This document shows positions 1 to 9,469 of a stretch of 64,000 nt of DNA, piece by piece (within the stretch, counting starts at the first letter, position 1; every line of letters begins with the position of its first letter). The stretch lies in assembly GCA_965230975.1 (NCBI GenBank), contig OZ246402.1, positions 37,771-101,770 of the forward strand. Reading direction: 5' to 3'. The stretch is from an uncultured Candidatus Saccharibacteria bacterium. GTDB taxonomy: Bacteria > Patescibacteriota > Dojkabacteria > J137. Both the position numbers and the translations under genes were made by a program. A model generated the notes under the pieces. That model was not told where the DNA came from. It saw only the letters and a program-made list of their open reading frames with translations, and ran no database searches.

Positions 1-1850
1 ATATCCTTTAGGTAAAGCTTGATTCTCTGTAAACATAGATGTATTTAAAACTGCTGCTATTCCTGTCAAACTAAATTCATCTAATTTATTAAACATTGAT
101 ACAAAATCAAGACCTTCAGTTTGATAACGAAAGTAATCTTTTATTAATAATGTGATTACTGTTTCGTTTAAGTCACGAATATTGAACGGTAAATTAATAT
201 TCAAAGATTTAAGTAATTCAAATACTAATGACTGTCTTTTAGAAAATTCACTATCTGTATTTGGTTCTACTTCTTTTAGTGGCAATGGTGTAAAACTACT
301 TCTAATATAAACCTCTTTAATTGTCTGAGGTCCCAAATCAATAAATTGTCTTACATTAGTAAGATCAATTAGATAAGATTGCGAAATTGGGTCAAAGTAC
401 AATTTATCACGAACATTTATATAATTGACTATATTATTTGTATTAGTAATTGATATAACAAGGTCAGTAAGTTTTGAATTTGGAGGAGTAAATATTTGTC
501 CATAAATACGAATCTCGGTTCCAACTAACTCGCTTATTAAAGACAGTTTTCCTGAAAATATTTTAATACTCTTATCAGAGATTCTTTCTGCATAATCTTC
601 ACTTAAAGAATATGGAACAAGCTTATCTACTTTAAACGAGTAACCTTCTAATAGTACCTGTGGAATTTCTACAGAAGATTCATCTACCTCTGCTAAATTT
701 CTAGTTTGATATTCTGCCAACTCCTCTAATGTAGGTGTATATTCAAGATCGGGCACAAGCTCTTGTTTCTGATCCCTAGATATAAAACTTACTGCGTCAA
801 TGAACTTCATTCTAAAAGTTTTACTAATAGGCTCAACTAACAGTGTAGAAAAAGCATGTCTAAATATTTCTGCAGCAGCCATGTTATTCAATAAATTTGT
901 TTCATGCCTACCCATGTCAGAAAGAAGTAGTTCTGGATTATTTAACCATTCATCTTTAAATTTTTTGATTTTTTCTGTCCTACCTTCTGTACTATCATCA
1001 TAAGCGTTTTTTATAAGCATTTTCACAACTTCAATTCCATAAACCTCCGCTTGTGTATTTGCAGCATTCGTTATCTTTTCTTCAAAAATTCTTAAATAAT
1101 TAACATTCCAGTTAGCAAACTTAATAGGAGATATCATTTTTAACAAAGCAAGAATTTCTTTATCTAATGCTTCAAATTCACTTTCGAAGTTATCGTCGGA
1201 TATTGAGCTTGTAGGGAACTCATTTGGCATAGAAGCCAGGGCAGACGCTCTGCGAAATGCCATTTCCTTCTCCACATTAGGTTCTCCAAGAACATCACTA
1301 GTTCTTGCAAACCCCGATTCTTCAAATCTTGAATTCCTTCTTTGTATAAATTCCAATGCATTCGGATTTCTAACTTCATATCTTTTTGATGATATTGGAT
1401 TGGATTTGATTTTCGCAATAATACCTAATATCTTTTCTATTTGTGTTTTTTGAGAATCTGAGATTAATTGATCATATGATTCCGACAGCATAGAATGATA
1501 CAAAGCCTCGATTTCGGGCATATCTTCTTCAGGGAAAATTCTATCTAAAGGTCCAAAACCCCAACCTCTGTAACCCGAAGAGATATCCATTAACCCTAGA
1601 ATAGTCCTTATGTCTTCATTTGTATAAGGGTGTTGCAAACTTCTTAAAAAGTTAATTACTATTTCTGTTCTGGCAGGTGGATTAGGCTCTTTTTTGAGTT
1701 TTTTTAGCAATTCTACTAAAGGTTGGTAGAATCTATTTGACATGAACTGACTTTGGATTTCTCTATCAAACATTCGTGCAAAAAATTGATCAAAGAATTC
1801 CTCTGTTGCAACCTCTGGAAGGCTCTCTCCAACTTTATCTAGATCCATAT
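1..1850 (-). CDS. large hypothetical protein, partial (N-terminal ~616 aa in window; C-terminus lies beyond window start)
   Basis: Uninterrupted minus-strand frame from ATG at 1850..1848 (MDLDKVGESLPEVATEEFFDQFFARMFDREIQ...) down to position 1 with no stop. Absent from the supplied ORF track, which lists complete ORFs only; track ORFs 800..1003(+) and 1164..1418(-) are wrong-frame overlaps. Starts 20 nt after the stop of the preceding gene, so operon-like. No recognisable family motif. Confidence 0.6.
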
Positions 1851-1870
1851 CTTATATTTGATTAGTTTAA

Positions 1871-4003
1871 TTACTGAATCTTTAAATTAATTCTATCAAA
1901 GTCAGTAGGGACTTTTTGTAAAAAGCTCGGAACAATTTGTGGGGCAAAAACTACTCTATATTTTTCTATTTCATCAAACAAAGAAAAGTAATCTCTAACC
2001 TCTTGCATAGATAAACCTGCAACAGCTTCTTTTATTTCTACTTCATCTAAAGATTTAGTTATAGAACCCTTTGAAGAGATAGATAGCACATAACTAGATT
2101 CAACTTCCTCTACTTTATCAATTTGCAAATCTGCAACATTTTTTATTTCTGTATCACCATTTTGATCGTTCTTTAAAATCTCTTTTGCAACAGTCTCTAG
2201 GTCAGCTTGTTTTATTGCCATACCGCTAACTTTTCCTTTTACAGTCAAGCTAAATGTTTTATCTAAACTCTCTTCACCTTCTGCAGGAGCAGCTTTAGAT
2301 TCTGTTTCTTCAAACTTTATTGTCTCTTTTAATAAAGTGTACCCACTTGGAACTAATGCAGTTAATTTAGATTCTGCCTCTTTTTGCAAATCAGGTAAAA
2401 TAACATCTTTAACTGTTTTAATATTATCTGCCGAAACAGAAGTGAAAGCTTCTGATGTACCACCAGTAATATTTGCGTACCTAGAACCTTTTACTTGAGA
2501 AAGTGTATACCCTTCTATTTTAAAGTCTTTATTTGTATCAGAATCAACAATATTATAATTGGCACCCGGTTTTTCCGCCTCTATTTGAACATCTTCTAAC
2601 CTGGTTGCTCCACTTACAGTAGAACCCTCTGCTGCAGCGGTAGCTTTTTTGATTGTGACCTCTTTTGTTAATAAATAAACCAAACTTGTCTCGTTGCTAG
2701 TAATTTTTGTACCTACTGGCAAAGTAACATCTTTATCTAAAGTATTTAAAATATCAATTACACCTTTGGACTTATTTCCTCTAACACCTTGACCATTTGC
2801 CTCACCTGTTCTAGATAAACTAACTTCGTTTATTTGTAATAATTGGCCGGGGATTTTGAATTGAGCAGTATCTACGGTACTTAAAGTAGGGTCTATTGTG
2901 ATTGTCCCTTCAGTGCTTACATCTTCTTTCTTTAATGTAAGTGTAATGTCTACACTAGATAACTGAAATGATACAAACCAAATTCCAACCAAAGCGAATA
3001 TTAAAACCAAGAAAGATATTATTGCTATTTTTTTATTTCTATCTTGAGGGTTACTAAATCTATTTAGAGACTGTCTTTTTGAAGACCTGTTAAATAATCC
3101 AGCTAAAAATCCAGTAGAACCAGAAGATCTTTTAAAATCCATGCCTGTAAAAGATGATTTGTTAGAAAAACTTTTAATTGGTCTTCTAATTAAATCTTCT
3201 TGAATAGCTTCTGATGCATCTAAACTAGTTGTGTTATCAATTTCATCATTACTCATATTGTTTTCGCCTAGTATTTTAGCACGAGCACTCTCTTTATCGA
3301 ATTTCTTTAAATCTCCGCCAGATAATATTTCTATACCGTCAATATTAACCATTTTAGGTTCCCTTCTTGGTTTTTGATATCTTTTTAATAAACTCTCAGT
3401 TGATGGATCAGTTTGCGCTTCAATATGATTCTCGACTTCTGCAGAATTTAAGTCTTGCATATCTTGCTCTGGATTTTGATCAAGTGATTCATCTACCATA
3501 GAAGTTTCCAAGAGTTCACTGTTTTCATTTTCTATGGTTTCTAATTGATCATTGGATTCTTGTACTATTTCTGAGTTAGAAAGTTCAGTTGGAAATTGTT
3601 GGCTTTCTGGAATATCAACCTGAATTGTAGAAGGGTCTTCATTTATATTTTGTAAATTCTCAATTTTTCTATTTTGAAATTTACTTAAAACATCCACTTT
3701 GCTTGTTGCAGATTCTTCCCACATCTCATTAGTAATAGAACTTACTTTTGCAGCTACTAAAAACCCGGCTTTTTCTGCTATATGTTTGCCATAAGCATCT
3801 TCTGTTACCAAAACCGCTATCTTTTTAGATTTTGCTATTTCTCTGAATAAAATATTAATACTTATGTAACTACTTAACAGTATTGAATTTTGTGGTATAA
3901 CTAAAATGATTCTCTCTTTATCAGAATTTAACAATCTTTCTATAACAGTAACGATCTCTTCGTTTGGGTCAACAAAAATTTTTTCAGATGCAGAAATAGC
4001 CAC
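1871..4003 (-). CDS. bitopic membrane protein: N-terminal cytoplasmic alpha/beta domain, acidic low-complexity linker, one TM helix, large extracytoplasmic C-terminal region; unknown function
   Basis: 710-aa ORF. Hydrophobic segment IAIISFLVLIFALVGIWFVSF near residue 330. E/D/Q/N-rich linker before it. Starts 16 nt after the stop of the FtsA-like gene and ends 20 nt before the next gene. Confidence 0.55.
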   Translation of the reverse strand: MAISASEKIFVDPNEEIVTVIERLLNSDKERIILVIPQNSILLSSYISINILFREIAKSKKIAVLVTEDAYGKHIAEKAGFLVAAKVSSITNEMWEESATSKVDVLSKFQNRKIENLQNINEDPSTIQVDIPESQQFPTELSNSEIVQESNDQLETIENENSELLETSMVDESLDQNPEQDMQDLNSAEVENHIEAQTDPSTESLLKRYQKPRREPKMVNIDGIEILSGGDLKKFDKESARAKILGENNMSNDEIDNTTSLDASEAIQEDLIRRPIKSFSNKSSFTGMDFKRSSGSTGFLAGLFNRSSKRQSLNRFSNPQDRNKKIAIISFLVLIFALVGIWFVSFQLSSVDITLTLKKEDVSTEGTITIDPTLSTVDTAQFKIPGQLLQINEVSLSRTGEANGQGVRGNKSKGVIDILNTLDKDVTLPVGTKITSNETSLVYLLTKEVTIKKATAAAEGSTVSGATRLEDVQIEAEKPGANYNIVDSDTNKDFKIEGYTLSQVKGSRYANITGGTSEAFTSVSADNIKTVKDVILPDLQKEAESKLTALVPSGYTLLKETIKFEETESKAAPAEGEESLDKTFSLTVKGKVSGMAIKQADLETVAKEILKNDQNGDTEIKNVADLQIDKVEEVESSYVLSISSKGSITKSLDEVEIKEAVAGLSMQEVRDYFSLFDEIEKYRVVFAPQIVPSFLQKVPTDFDRINLKIQ

Positions 4004-4019
4004 GTTTTAAATTTAATAT

Positions 4020-5246
4020 TTATTCTAAAATCATTCTAGCCAAAGATAACGGTGCAACATCTGCAGGCATTTTTGCAGATTTTGTTTTGTCAGATATATC
4101 TTTTAAGTTGGTTGGGAATATAAAATTCACTTTTGGATACTTTTTAAAATTGAATAGCTGTAACCAAGGGTGTGTTATTAAACCTTCTTGAATTTCTGGT
4201 AGTAATGCACCTCCACCACACAGATAAATCACTGCAGGGTACTCTTCTATCTCTTCAAATTCTTCTAGACACAGCTCTACTCCAGTAAGCCATACTTTAA
4301 CATCTTGTGTAAATACCCTATTTAATTCCAATGATTCAGATTTATCTAATTTACCTTCTGAATAATCTATCTTTTTTTGTTCTGCCTCTTCGTAAGTCAG
4401 GTTTAATTCTTTTGCAACTCTTTTTGTAAAAACACCACCACCAATTGCAAACATTTTTGTACCAACAATATCTCCATTTTTAACTAAGGCAACATCTGTT
4501 GTTCCCCCTCCAATGTCTATAACTATTGCGCTAGAATTGTTAGTCCTTAAATCTTTTACTGCCATAGATATAGCATATGGTTCAACAACAATCCTTTTTA
4601 AATCAAGGTTTAGCTGAGTAGCAACCTGATTAATTGAGTCCAAATAAATTTTTGGTGCAAAAGTTGAGAAAACTCTATAGACAAGTTCTGTTCCGGTATA
4701 CCCCAGTGGGTTAACTACTCTTGTACCGTCTATATAAACACTATTAATATAAGTTTCCACTTCTTCTACCAAGTTTGGTTTGATTCCAATCTCATCTGCA
4801 ATTTCCTCTTTTGTGTTTGGGAAAGTATATTTTTTAACTTTTTCGATAAGTTTTTCTAGCTCCTTTTCGTTTATTGGGGATTGTGGATTATCTCTGTCAG
4901 AATTAACCATAACTGTTACTCCTTGTACCAATTCACCAGCAATGCCTATAACGGCCTCTGTTGGCATAAGAAATTCATTACCATTTGTTTGTGCCATAGA
5001 TATACATTCACCAATGCTGTAATCTAAGGTTTCTATGACATTTTTCAAGTTGATAATAAATGCAGCATACATAGAAGATTCTTTTTGTCTTTTTCGATTG
5101 TAACCAATAACCTCAACTTCAGACTCTTTATTTTTTGTAAACAATACTGTCTTTACATATTCTGTACCTATATCAAGTGCTAAATAAGCTTGAGGCTTGT
5201 CAATTACTGAGCTGCTTTGTGGTTTTTGTAAAAAGTTTATTTTCAT
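4020..5246 (-). CDS. FtsA/PilM-family actin-like ATPase (second FtsA-like paralogue in window)
   Basis: Actin-fold motifs: phosphate-1 LALDIGTEYVKTV, connect IGIAGELV, phosphate-2 VIDIGGGTTDVALV, C-terminal YLCGGGALLP. About 408 aa from likely start MKINFLQ at 5246, which has an AAGG RBS 5 nt upstream. The track ORF extends to 5297. Confidence 0.7.
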   Translation of the reverse strand: MKINFLQKPQSSSVIDKPQAYLALDIGTEYVKTVLFTKNKESEVEVIGYNRKRQKESSMYAAFIINLKNVIETLDYSIGECISMAQTNGNEFLMPTEAVIGIAGELVQGVTVMVNSDRDNPQSPINEKELEKLIEKVKKYTFPNTKEEIADEIGIKPNLVEEVETYINSVYIDGTRVVNPLGYTGTELVYRVFSTFAPKIYLDSINQVATQLNLDLKRIVVEPYAISMAVKDLRTNNSSAIVIDIGGGTTDVALVKNGDIVGTKMFAIGGGVFTKRVAKELNLTYEEAEQKKIDYSEGKLDKSESLELNRVFTQDVKVWLTGVELCLEEFEEIEEYPAVIYLCGGGALLPEIQEGLITHPWLQLFNFKKYPKVNFIFPTNLKDISDKTKSAKMPADVAPLSLARMILE

Positions 5247-5385
5247 ACCTTGAAGTTTAGGTACTTCTACTATACAGAAAAGTAAAACATTTCTCAATTC
5301 TTAAATTTATTCATTAGTTATCTTTTTGATTTGCCAGTAAAGATATAGCAATGATATACTTCTTAATAAGAATTAAAACCAAAGT

Positions 5386-5901
5386 ATGAAGATATTTGTC
5401 TCAATAGCAAGTAATAAAACAAAAACTAACGATTTAAAAGAAGGAGTTGACGCTCTTAAAAGAATTGGGCACAACGTTAATATTTCTGATAGATTTTCGG
5501 ATAAAAACGATAAACTAATTAAAGATTGTGATCTATTAATTGCAGAAATTTCAGAATTAAACTATAAGCAGGGTTTTGAAATTGCAAGAGCCTTAGATGA
5601 AAAAAAAGTGGTAATCACTTTAGAAGAAGAAGGTTCTAATAACTCTAAAGATCTTCCCAAAAACAAATCCTTGATTGTAAAAAGGTATTCTTCAAAAGAT
5701 TTAGTTACGGTTATAGAAAAAGCAATCAAAGAGGCAGAAAGCAAACTAGATTCTAAGTTCATTTTAATAATTTCCCCAGAAATTGATAGGTATTTGGAAT
5801 GGGCTGCACAATCTAAAAGAATGCACAAGGCACAAATTGTAAGAAACGCAGTAGAACAGCAAATGAAAAAGGATAAGGATTACAAGGAGTATTTAGACTA
5901 A
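5386..5901 (+). CDS. nucleoside 2-deoxyribosyltransferase-like (Rossmann/flavodoxin-like) N-terminal domain fused to a C-terminal ribbon-helix-helix (CopG/Arc-like) DNA-binding domain
   Basis: N-terminal motifs DKLIKDCDLLIAEIS and NYKQGFEIARALDEKKVV match the NDT/DNPH1-like D..GTaFEiGyA...KpV signature. The C-terminal stretch ILIISPEIDRYLEWAAQSKRMHKAQIVRNAVEQ has the beta-strand plus two helices typical of RHH. Domain call from motif recognition only. Confidence 0.5.
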   Translation: MKIFVSIASNKTKTNDLKEGVDALKRIGHNVNISDRFSDKNDKLIKDCDLLIAEISELNYKQGFEIARALDEKKVVITLEEEGSNNSKDLPKNKSLIVKRYSSKDLVTVIEKAIKEAESKLDSKFILIISPEIDRYLEWAAQSKRMHKAQIVRNAVEQQMKKDKDYKEYLD

Positions 5902-6338
5902 GATTCCTCTTCAAAACTAGAATCCTCTTTGGGATGAGGGAAATGGATAGTAATATAATCTGAATAGCCTGGAGTTAGACTTTTTTGATAACCCCTAAAT
6001 TCGCCTTCATATTCTGCCGAGACTCTCGTTATCTCTTCAATAAATTCATTCAGCAAAGAAGATTTTCCTACTCTAGAAAAACTTAGAGTAAATGAATGTC
6101 GGGTCTGGTAAATACGTATATCTCCATCCACTCGTCTTTTGGTTTTGTCGTACCAAACATAACTTGAAATATCAATTTTTTCAATAAGAATACCAAAAGT
6201 CCTCTCTATGCTTGATTTAAAATAATCTAAAAGTAATTTAAATTTTTCGGATTGTACTCTTGTTTGAGCCTGGGCAAGTTCAAATGCAACTTTTCTTGCT
6301 CCAATGTCTATTGTTTCCACAACGTCATGAATACCCAT
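5898..6338 (-). CDS. hypothetical protein (146 aa), co-operonic downstream partner of the Lon-like AAA+ ATPase
   Basis: Starts 6 nt after the stop of the Lon-like gene. No DGPSAG-type Lon protease motif and no recognised family. The 3' end overlaps the convergent gene by 4 nt. Confidence 0.5.
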   Translation of the reverse strand: MGIHDVVETIDIGARKVAFELAQAQTRVQSEKFKLLLDYFKSSIERTFGILIEKIDISSYVWYDKTKRRVDGDIRIYQTRHSFTLSFSRVGKSSLLNEFIEEITRVSAEYEGEFRGYQKSLTPGYSDYITIHFPHPKEDSSFEEES

Positions 6339-6344
6339 TTTATA

Positions 6345-7577
6345 TTAACTATACACCCCAATATCTTCGGGTATAAACTGTCTAAAATTATCTTTAGTAA
6401 TTTTTGTGCCGGTTGAAATACCTTGCACTATTTGAAGTGCAACTTTTCTTGCAAGCTGAGTCAAAGTTCTTTCAAGCTGTCTAACACCTGCATCAAACCC
6501 TAGTGGCCTAATAACAAGTGGCCAAACATCATCATCAAAACTTAACTGTGCCTCTGTTAAGCCAGTAGCCTCTCTGACTTTAGGTAGTAAATAATTCTTG
6601 GCAATTACAACTTTATCATTATCTGTATAGCTACCAAAACGAATAACTTCTAAACGATCTAACAGTGCAGCAGAAATGCCACCCAAGTTATTTGCTGTCG
6701 TAATAAACATTACTTTAGATAAATCTAATGGATAATCTAAATACTTATCCATAAAAGTCGCATTTTGCTCTGGGTCTAAAATTTCTAGTAAAGCTGCCAT
6801 TACATCTGCCCTCAATCCGGTGTCAGAACTAACTTTATCTATTTCGTCTAGAAGAATTAAAGGGTTCATAGTTTGAGTTCTAACCAATGCCTTAACCACC
6901 TGCCCCGGCTCTGCACTTACACTTCCTTTTGGAATACCTCTAATTTCAGTTACCGAACCTAATGCTCCTAAAGAGATTCTAATGAATTTTCTATTTAAAG
7001 CTTGCGCAATTGATTTTGCCATAGATGTTTTACCTACACCCTGAATTCCAACAAAACACAATACGGGAGAATGAGAACTACTGCCTTGCAAAACTTCCAT
7101 ACCGTTTTCTTGTGTGTCAGATTTTGACTGTACTGCCTCCATTTTTTGTAGCTGCAAAACTGCCAAATACTCTAAAATACTATTCTTAACTGGGTCTAAA
7201 CCATAGTGATTTTTCAATAATGTTTCTTTAACCTTATTAATATCTCCACTTTCTTGGGAGTATATCTCAAATGGGATCTTTACTATCCAGTTTATATATT
7301 CTGATACAGGCTCAAACTCTTGCGAAAAATTACCTTTTTGAGACATCTTTACTAATCTCATCAACATTCCTTCTGCCTTTAGTTTTAAATCTGCCGGCAA
7401 TTTGGCTTCATCTACCTTTTTCTTTAAACTTGCTATTTCAAATTCTAAATCCATTGCCATTGTGCCAGATGAAGTCGTGCCCGTAACTGGCTCTAGTGGA
7501 GCACGTGGTAATAAATCAGAGGTTGAAACTACTTGTGTTGTGTTATTTGTGGTTGAGTTTAGGTCATTCATATTCAC
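6345..7577 (-). CDS. Lon-homologous AAA+ ATPase lacking both the N-terminal substrate-binding domain and the C-terminal S16 protease domain
   Basis: Walker A GIQGVGKTS, Walker B LILLDEIDK, sensor FITTANN and arginine-finger region LLDRLEVIRF are collinear with the LonA ATPase module. Residues ~50-150 (LPADLKLKAEGMLMRL...HYGLDPVKNSILEYLAV) match the LonA helical region that precedes the AAA+ domain. The protein ends at the AAA+ alpha-subdomain (GVRQLERTLTQLARKV...) with no protease domain. Confidence 0.7.
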   Translation of the reverse strand: MNMNDLNSTTNNTTQVVSTSDLLPRAPLEPVTGTTSSGTMAMDLEFEIASLKKKVDEAKLPADLKLKAEGMLMRLVKMSQKGNFSQEFEPVSEYINWIVKIPFEIYSQESGDINKVKETLLKNHYGLDPVKNSILEYLAVLQLQKMEAVQSKSDTQENGMEVLQGSSSHSPVLCFVGIQGVGKTSMAKSIAQALNRKFIRISLGALGSVTEIRGIPKGSVSAEPGQVVKALVRTQTMNPLILLDEIDKVSSDTGLRADVMAALLEILDPEQNATFMDKYLDYPLDLSKVMFITTANNLGGISAALLDRLEVIRFGSYTDNDKVVIAKNYLLPKVREATGLTEAQLSFDDDVWPLVIRPLGFDAGVRQLERTLTQLARKVALQIVQGISTGTKITKDNFRQFIPEDIGVYS

Positions 7578-7638
7578 TACAAGAATACCTTAAATTTTAA
7601 CAAAATTCCATGTAATGCAAAGGAATTACACTATAGAA

Positions 7639-7664
7639 ACGGGCCCCGATATATCGGGGCCCGT
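7639..7664 (-). terminator. perfect GC-rich hairpin (ACGGGCCCCGAT/ATCGGGGCCCGT) between ctc and the Lon-like gene; probable terminator or attenuator
   Basis: 12-bp perfect inverted repeat with a 2-nt loop. Only a weak U-tract on either strand. Confidence 0.5.
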
Positions 7665-7685
7665 TGAAAAATCTTTATTAAAAGT

Positions 7686-8339
7686 TTATTTTTCTTCTGA
7701 TTCAGCTTCTGTAGTTGCTTCTGCAGTTGCGCCTTCTTCTCCTTCTGAAGTTGTTTCTGCAGGTGCTTCTTCAACTTCTTCTTTTTGGAATGAAGCGATA
7801 TAAACTACAGCGGAAGTTGGATCAACACTACTATCCCACTCTACACCTTCGGGTAACTGAACTGTATCTAATGTAATAGCATCTCCCGGTTGGTTCAAGT
7901 TTGAAATATCAACTTCAATACTTGAAGGTAAATCTTTTGGTAAACAGTGAACTGTAATAGCATCAAATTGAGTAATTAAGAAACCAAGGTTTTGCTTAAC
8001 TGCTGGAGCTTCTCCGTTAACAATAACAGGAACTTCAACATTTAGCTTTCTATCTTCTGCAACTTGGTAAAAACTTACATCCATGTATTCATCTGTTACT
8101 GGGTGAATATTGATTTCTTTAATTAAAACCTTAGAAGGCTTTGACTCTCCTTCTATTTCAAGGTCAAAAAATTTATTTCCACCTACTTTTTTGAATATTT
8201 GTTGTAATTCTTTTTTATCTACTTGTAAATTTGTAGACTCTCTTTTTGGACCAAAAACGCTACCAGGTACAAAACCCATTGTTCTAATATTCTTAGATTT
8301 TTTTCCTACAACTTCTCTTTTTTGTGCTTTAAGTTTCAT
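7686..8339 (-). CDS. rplY: 50S ribosomal protein L25 / general stress protein Ctc
   Basis: N-terminal MKLKAQKREVVGKKSKNIRTMGFVPGSVFGP, CTC-type length with an acidic C-terminal tail. Confidence 0.85.
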   Translation of the reverse strand: MKLKAQKREVVGKKSKNIRTMGFVPGSVFGPKRESTNLQVDKKELQQIFKKVGGNKFFDLEIEGESKPSKVLIKEINIHPVTDEYMDVSFYQVAEDRKLNVEVPVIVNGEAPAVKQNLGFLITQFDAITVHCLPKDLPSSIEVDISNLNQPGDAITLDTVQLPEGVEWDSSVDPTSAVVYIASFQKEEVEEAPAETTSEGEEGATAEATTEAESEEK

Positions 8340-8456
8340 ATTATTTTAAATTAGAATTTACAATGTTAAATTTTTGATGCAACTTACAAACTAGTTTCAT
8401 CAATTAATCTATTGAGCTTGACCATCAAGCTATTTCAGATTATTTAGATCGGTGAA

Positions 8457-9269
8457 TTATACCACACGTTCTACAGACTGTCTTTGAAATCTTTGTATTA
8501 AAAGCGTTTGTATTATAACAAATGTGTTTTGCACAATCCAATAAACACTTAGACCTATTGGGATTGAGTAAGATATAAATGCAATCATTATTGGGAACAA
8601 TACCATTGTTTGTTTTGTAGATTGTTGCAAAGCCGCTGCAAAGTCCTCTGTTGGGGCTTCTTTTTTGTCTCTAGACTTATCTTTTTCTGTAGATACAGCA
8701 TTTTTTGGCATGCTCATTTTAATAGAGATGTACTGGGTTATTGCAGACAATGCGATAAAGATTATGTATGGCAAGATACCTAAATTTTCAAAACCTATTG
8801 CAGATGCTGCAGTTTTTAAATCTACTATCCCAAAGAAAGATGTGTGTATTTGGTATCCTTCTGCAAATTTTTCTATAAACGGATAGGCAACAATGTTAAA
8901 ACTTTCTGCTCCTGTCTTGATTAAATTGTTTATAACGTTGTAAATATTAATAAACAAAATAAACTGTAAAATTGCTGGTAAACACCCGGCTAATTGTGCT
9001 GGCAAGTATTCAGATTGAACTTTGGCAAGTTCTTGTTGCAGTTTTTCTTTTTCGTTTTTAAACTTTTTCTTTACTGCATCTAGTTTTTCTTGCATTTCCT
9101 TATTTGTAGTCATCATTTTTGCTTGTCTTAAGCTTATTGGTAATGTGACTAATCTAGATATTAATGCAATTAAAATTATTGCTAAGCCCAGGTTTTCACT
9201 AAAAAGTCTGTACAAAACAACCATTAAGTTAAAAATTGGTTGGTAAAAAAGTACTGTAAATATGTCCAT
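8457..9269 (-). CDS. yidC: membrane protein insertase YidC/Oxa1 (short type)
   Basis: 270 aa, multi-TM; conserved C-terminal region PIMIAFISYSIPIGLSVYWIVQNTFVIIQTLLI typical of YidC. Confidence 0.85.
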   Translation of the reverse strand: MDIFTVLFYQPIFNLMVVLYRLFSENLGLAIILIALISRLVTLPISLRQAKMMTTNKEMQEKLDAVKKKFKNEKEKLQQELAKVQSEYLPAQLAGCLPAILQFILFINIYNVINNLIKTGAESFNIVAYPFIEKFAEGYQIHTSFFGIVDLKTAASAIGFENLGILPYIIFIALSAITQYISIKMSMPKNAVSTEKDKSRDKKEAPTEDFAAALQQSTKQTMVLFPIMIAFISYSIPIGLSVYWIVQNTFVIIQTLLIQRFQRQSVERVV

Positions 9270-9421
9270 TTTTAATTAGTTATAAGTATTAAGTTGTGAG
9301 TTTTAAGGCTAGTTTAAATTGCTGATTTTTGGCAAGTTGTAATCAAACAATAAAAACGTAGAGTTAGAACTTTATATGATAACAGAATTTAGGTGTTTTC
9401 AGAATCTATGTTTTTAGATAC

Positions 9422-9467
9422 AAAAAAACCCGCATTGTTAGCAATAGACATATTGCTTAATACGGGC
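9422..9467 (-). terminator. Rho-independent terminator of ssrA
   Basis: Immediately after the tmRNA CCA end on the minus strand: an imperfect hairpin (outer CCCG...CGGG closing, inner GCAATA...TATTGC) followed by UUUUUUU. Confidence 0.75.
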
Positions 9468-9469
9468 TT

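Noticed and set aside
800-1418. Track ORFs 800..1003(+) and 1164..1418(-)
   Set aside because: Both fall inside the long partial minus-strand ORF 1..1850 and are in different frames; they are artefacts of six-frame scanning.
5898-7577. Lon-like gene as a truncated pseudogene
   Set aside because: Truncation coincides exactly with LonA domain boundaries at both ends. All ATPase motifs are intact and the gene is translationally coupled to a downstream ORF. This points to a functional architecture, not decay.
7271-7593. Short plus-strand ORFs 7271..7486 and 7402..7593
   Set aside because: Antisense to the well-supported Lon-like AAA+ gene; no independent signal.
9270-9420. Expected rpmH/rnpA genes upstream of yidC
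   Set aside because: No ATG-initiated frame encoding a basic L34-like peptide or RnpA could be found on the minus strand in this 150-nt spacer. They are presumably located elsewhere.
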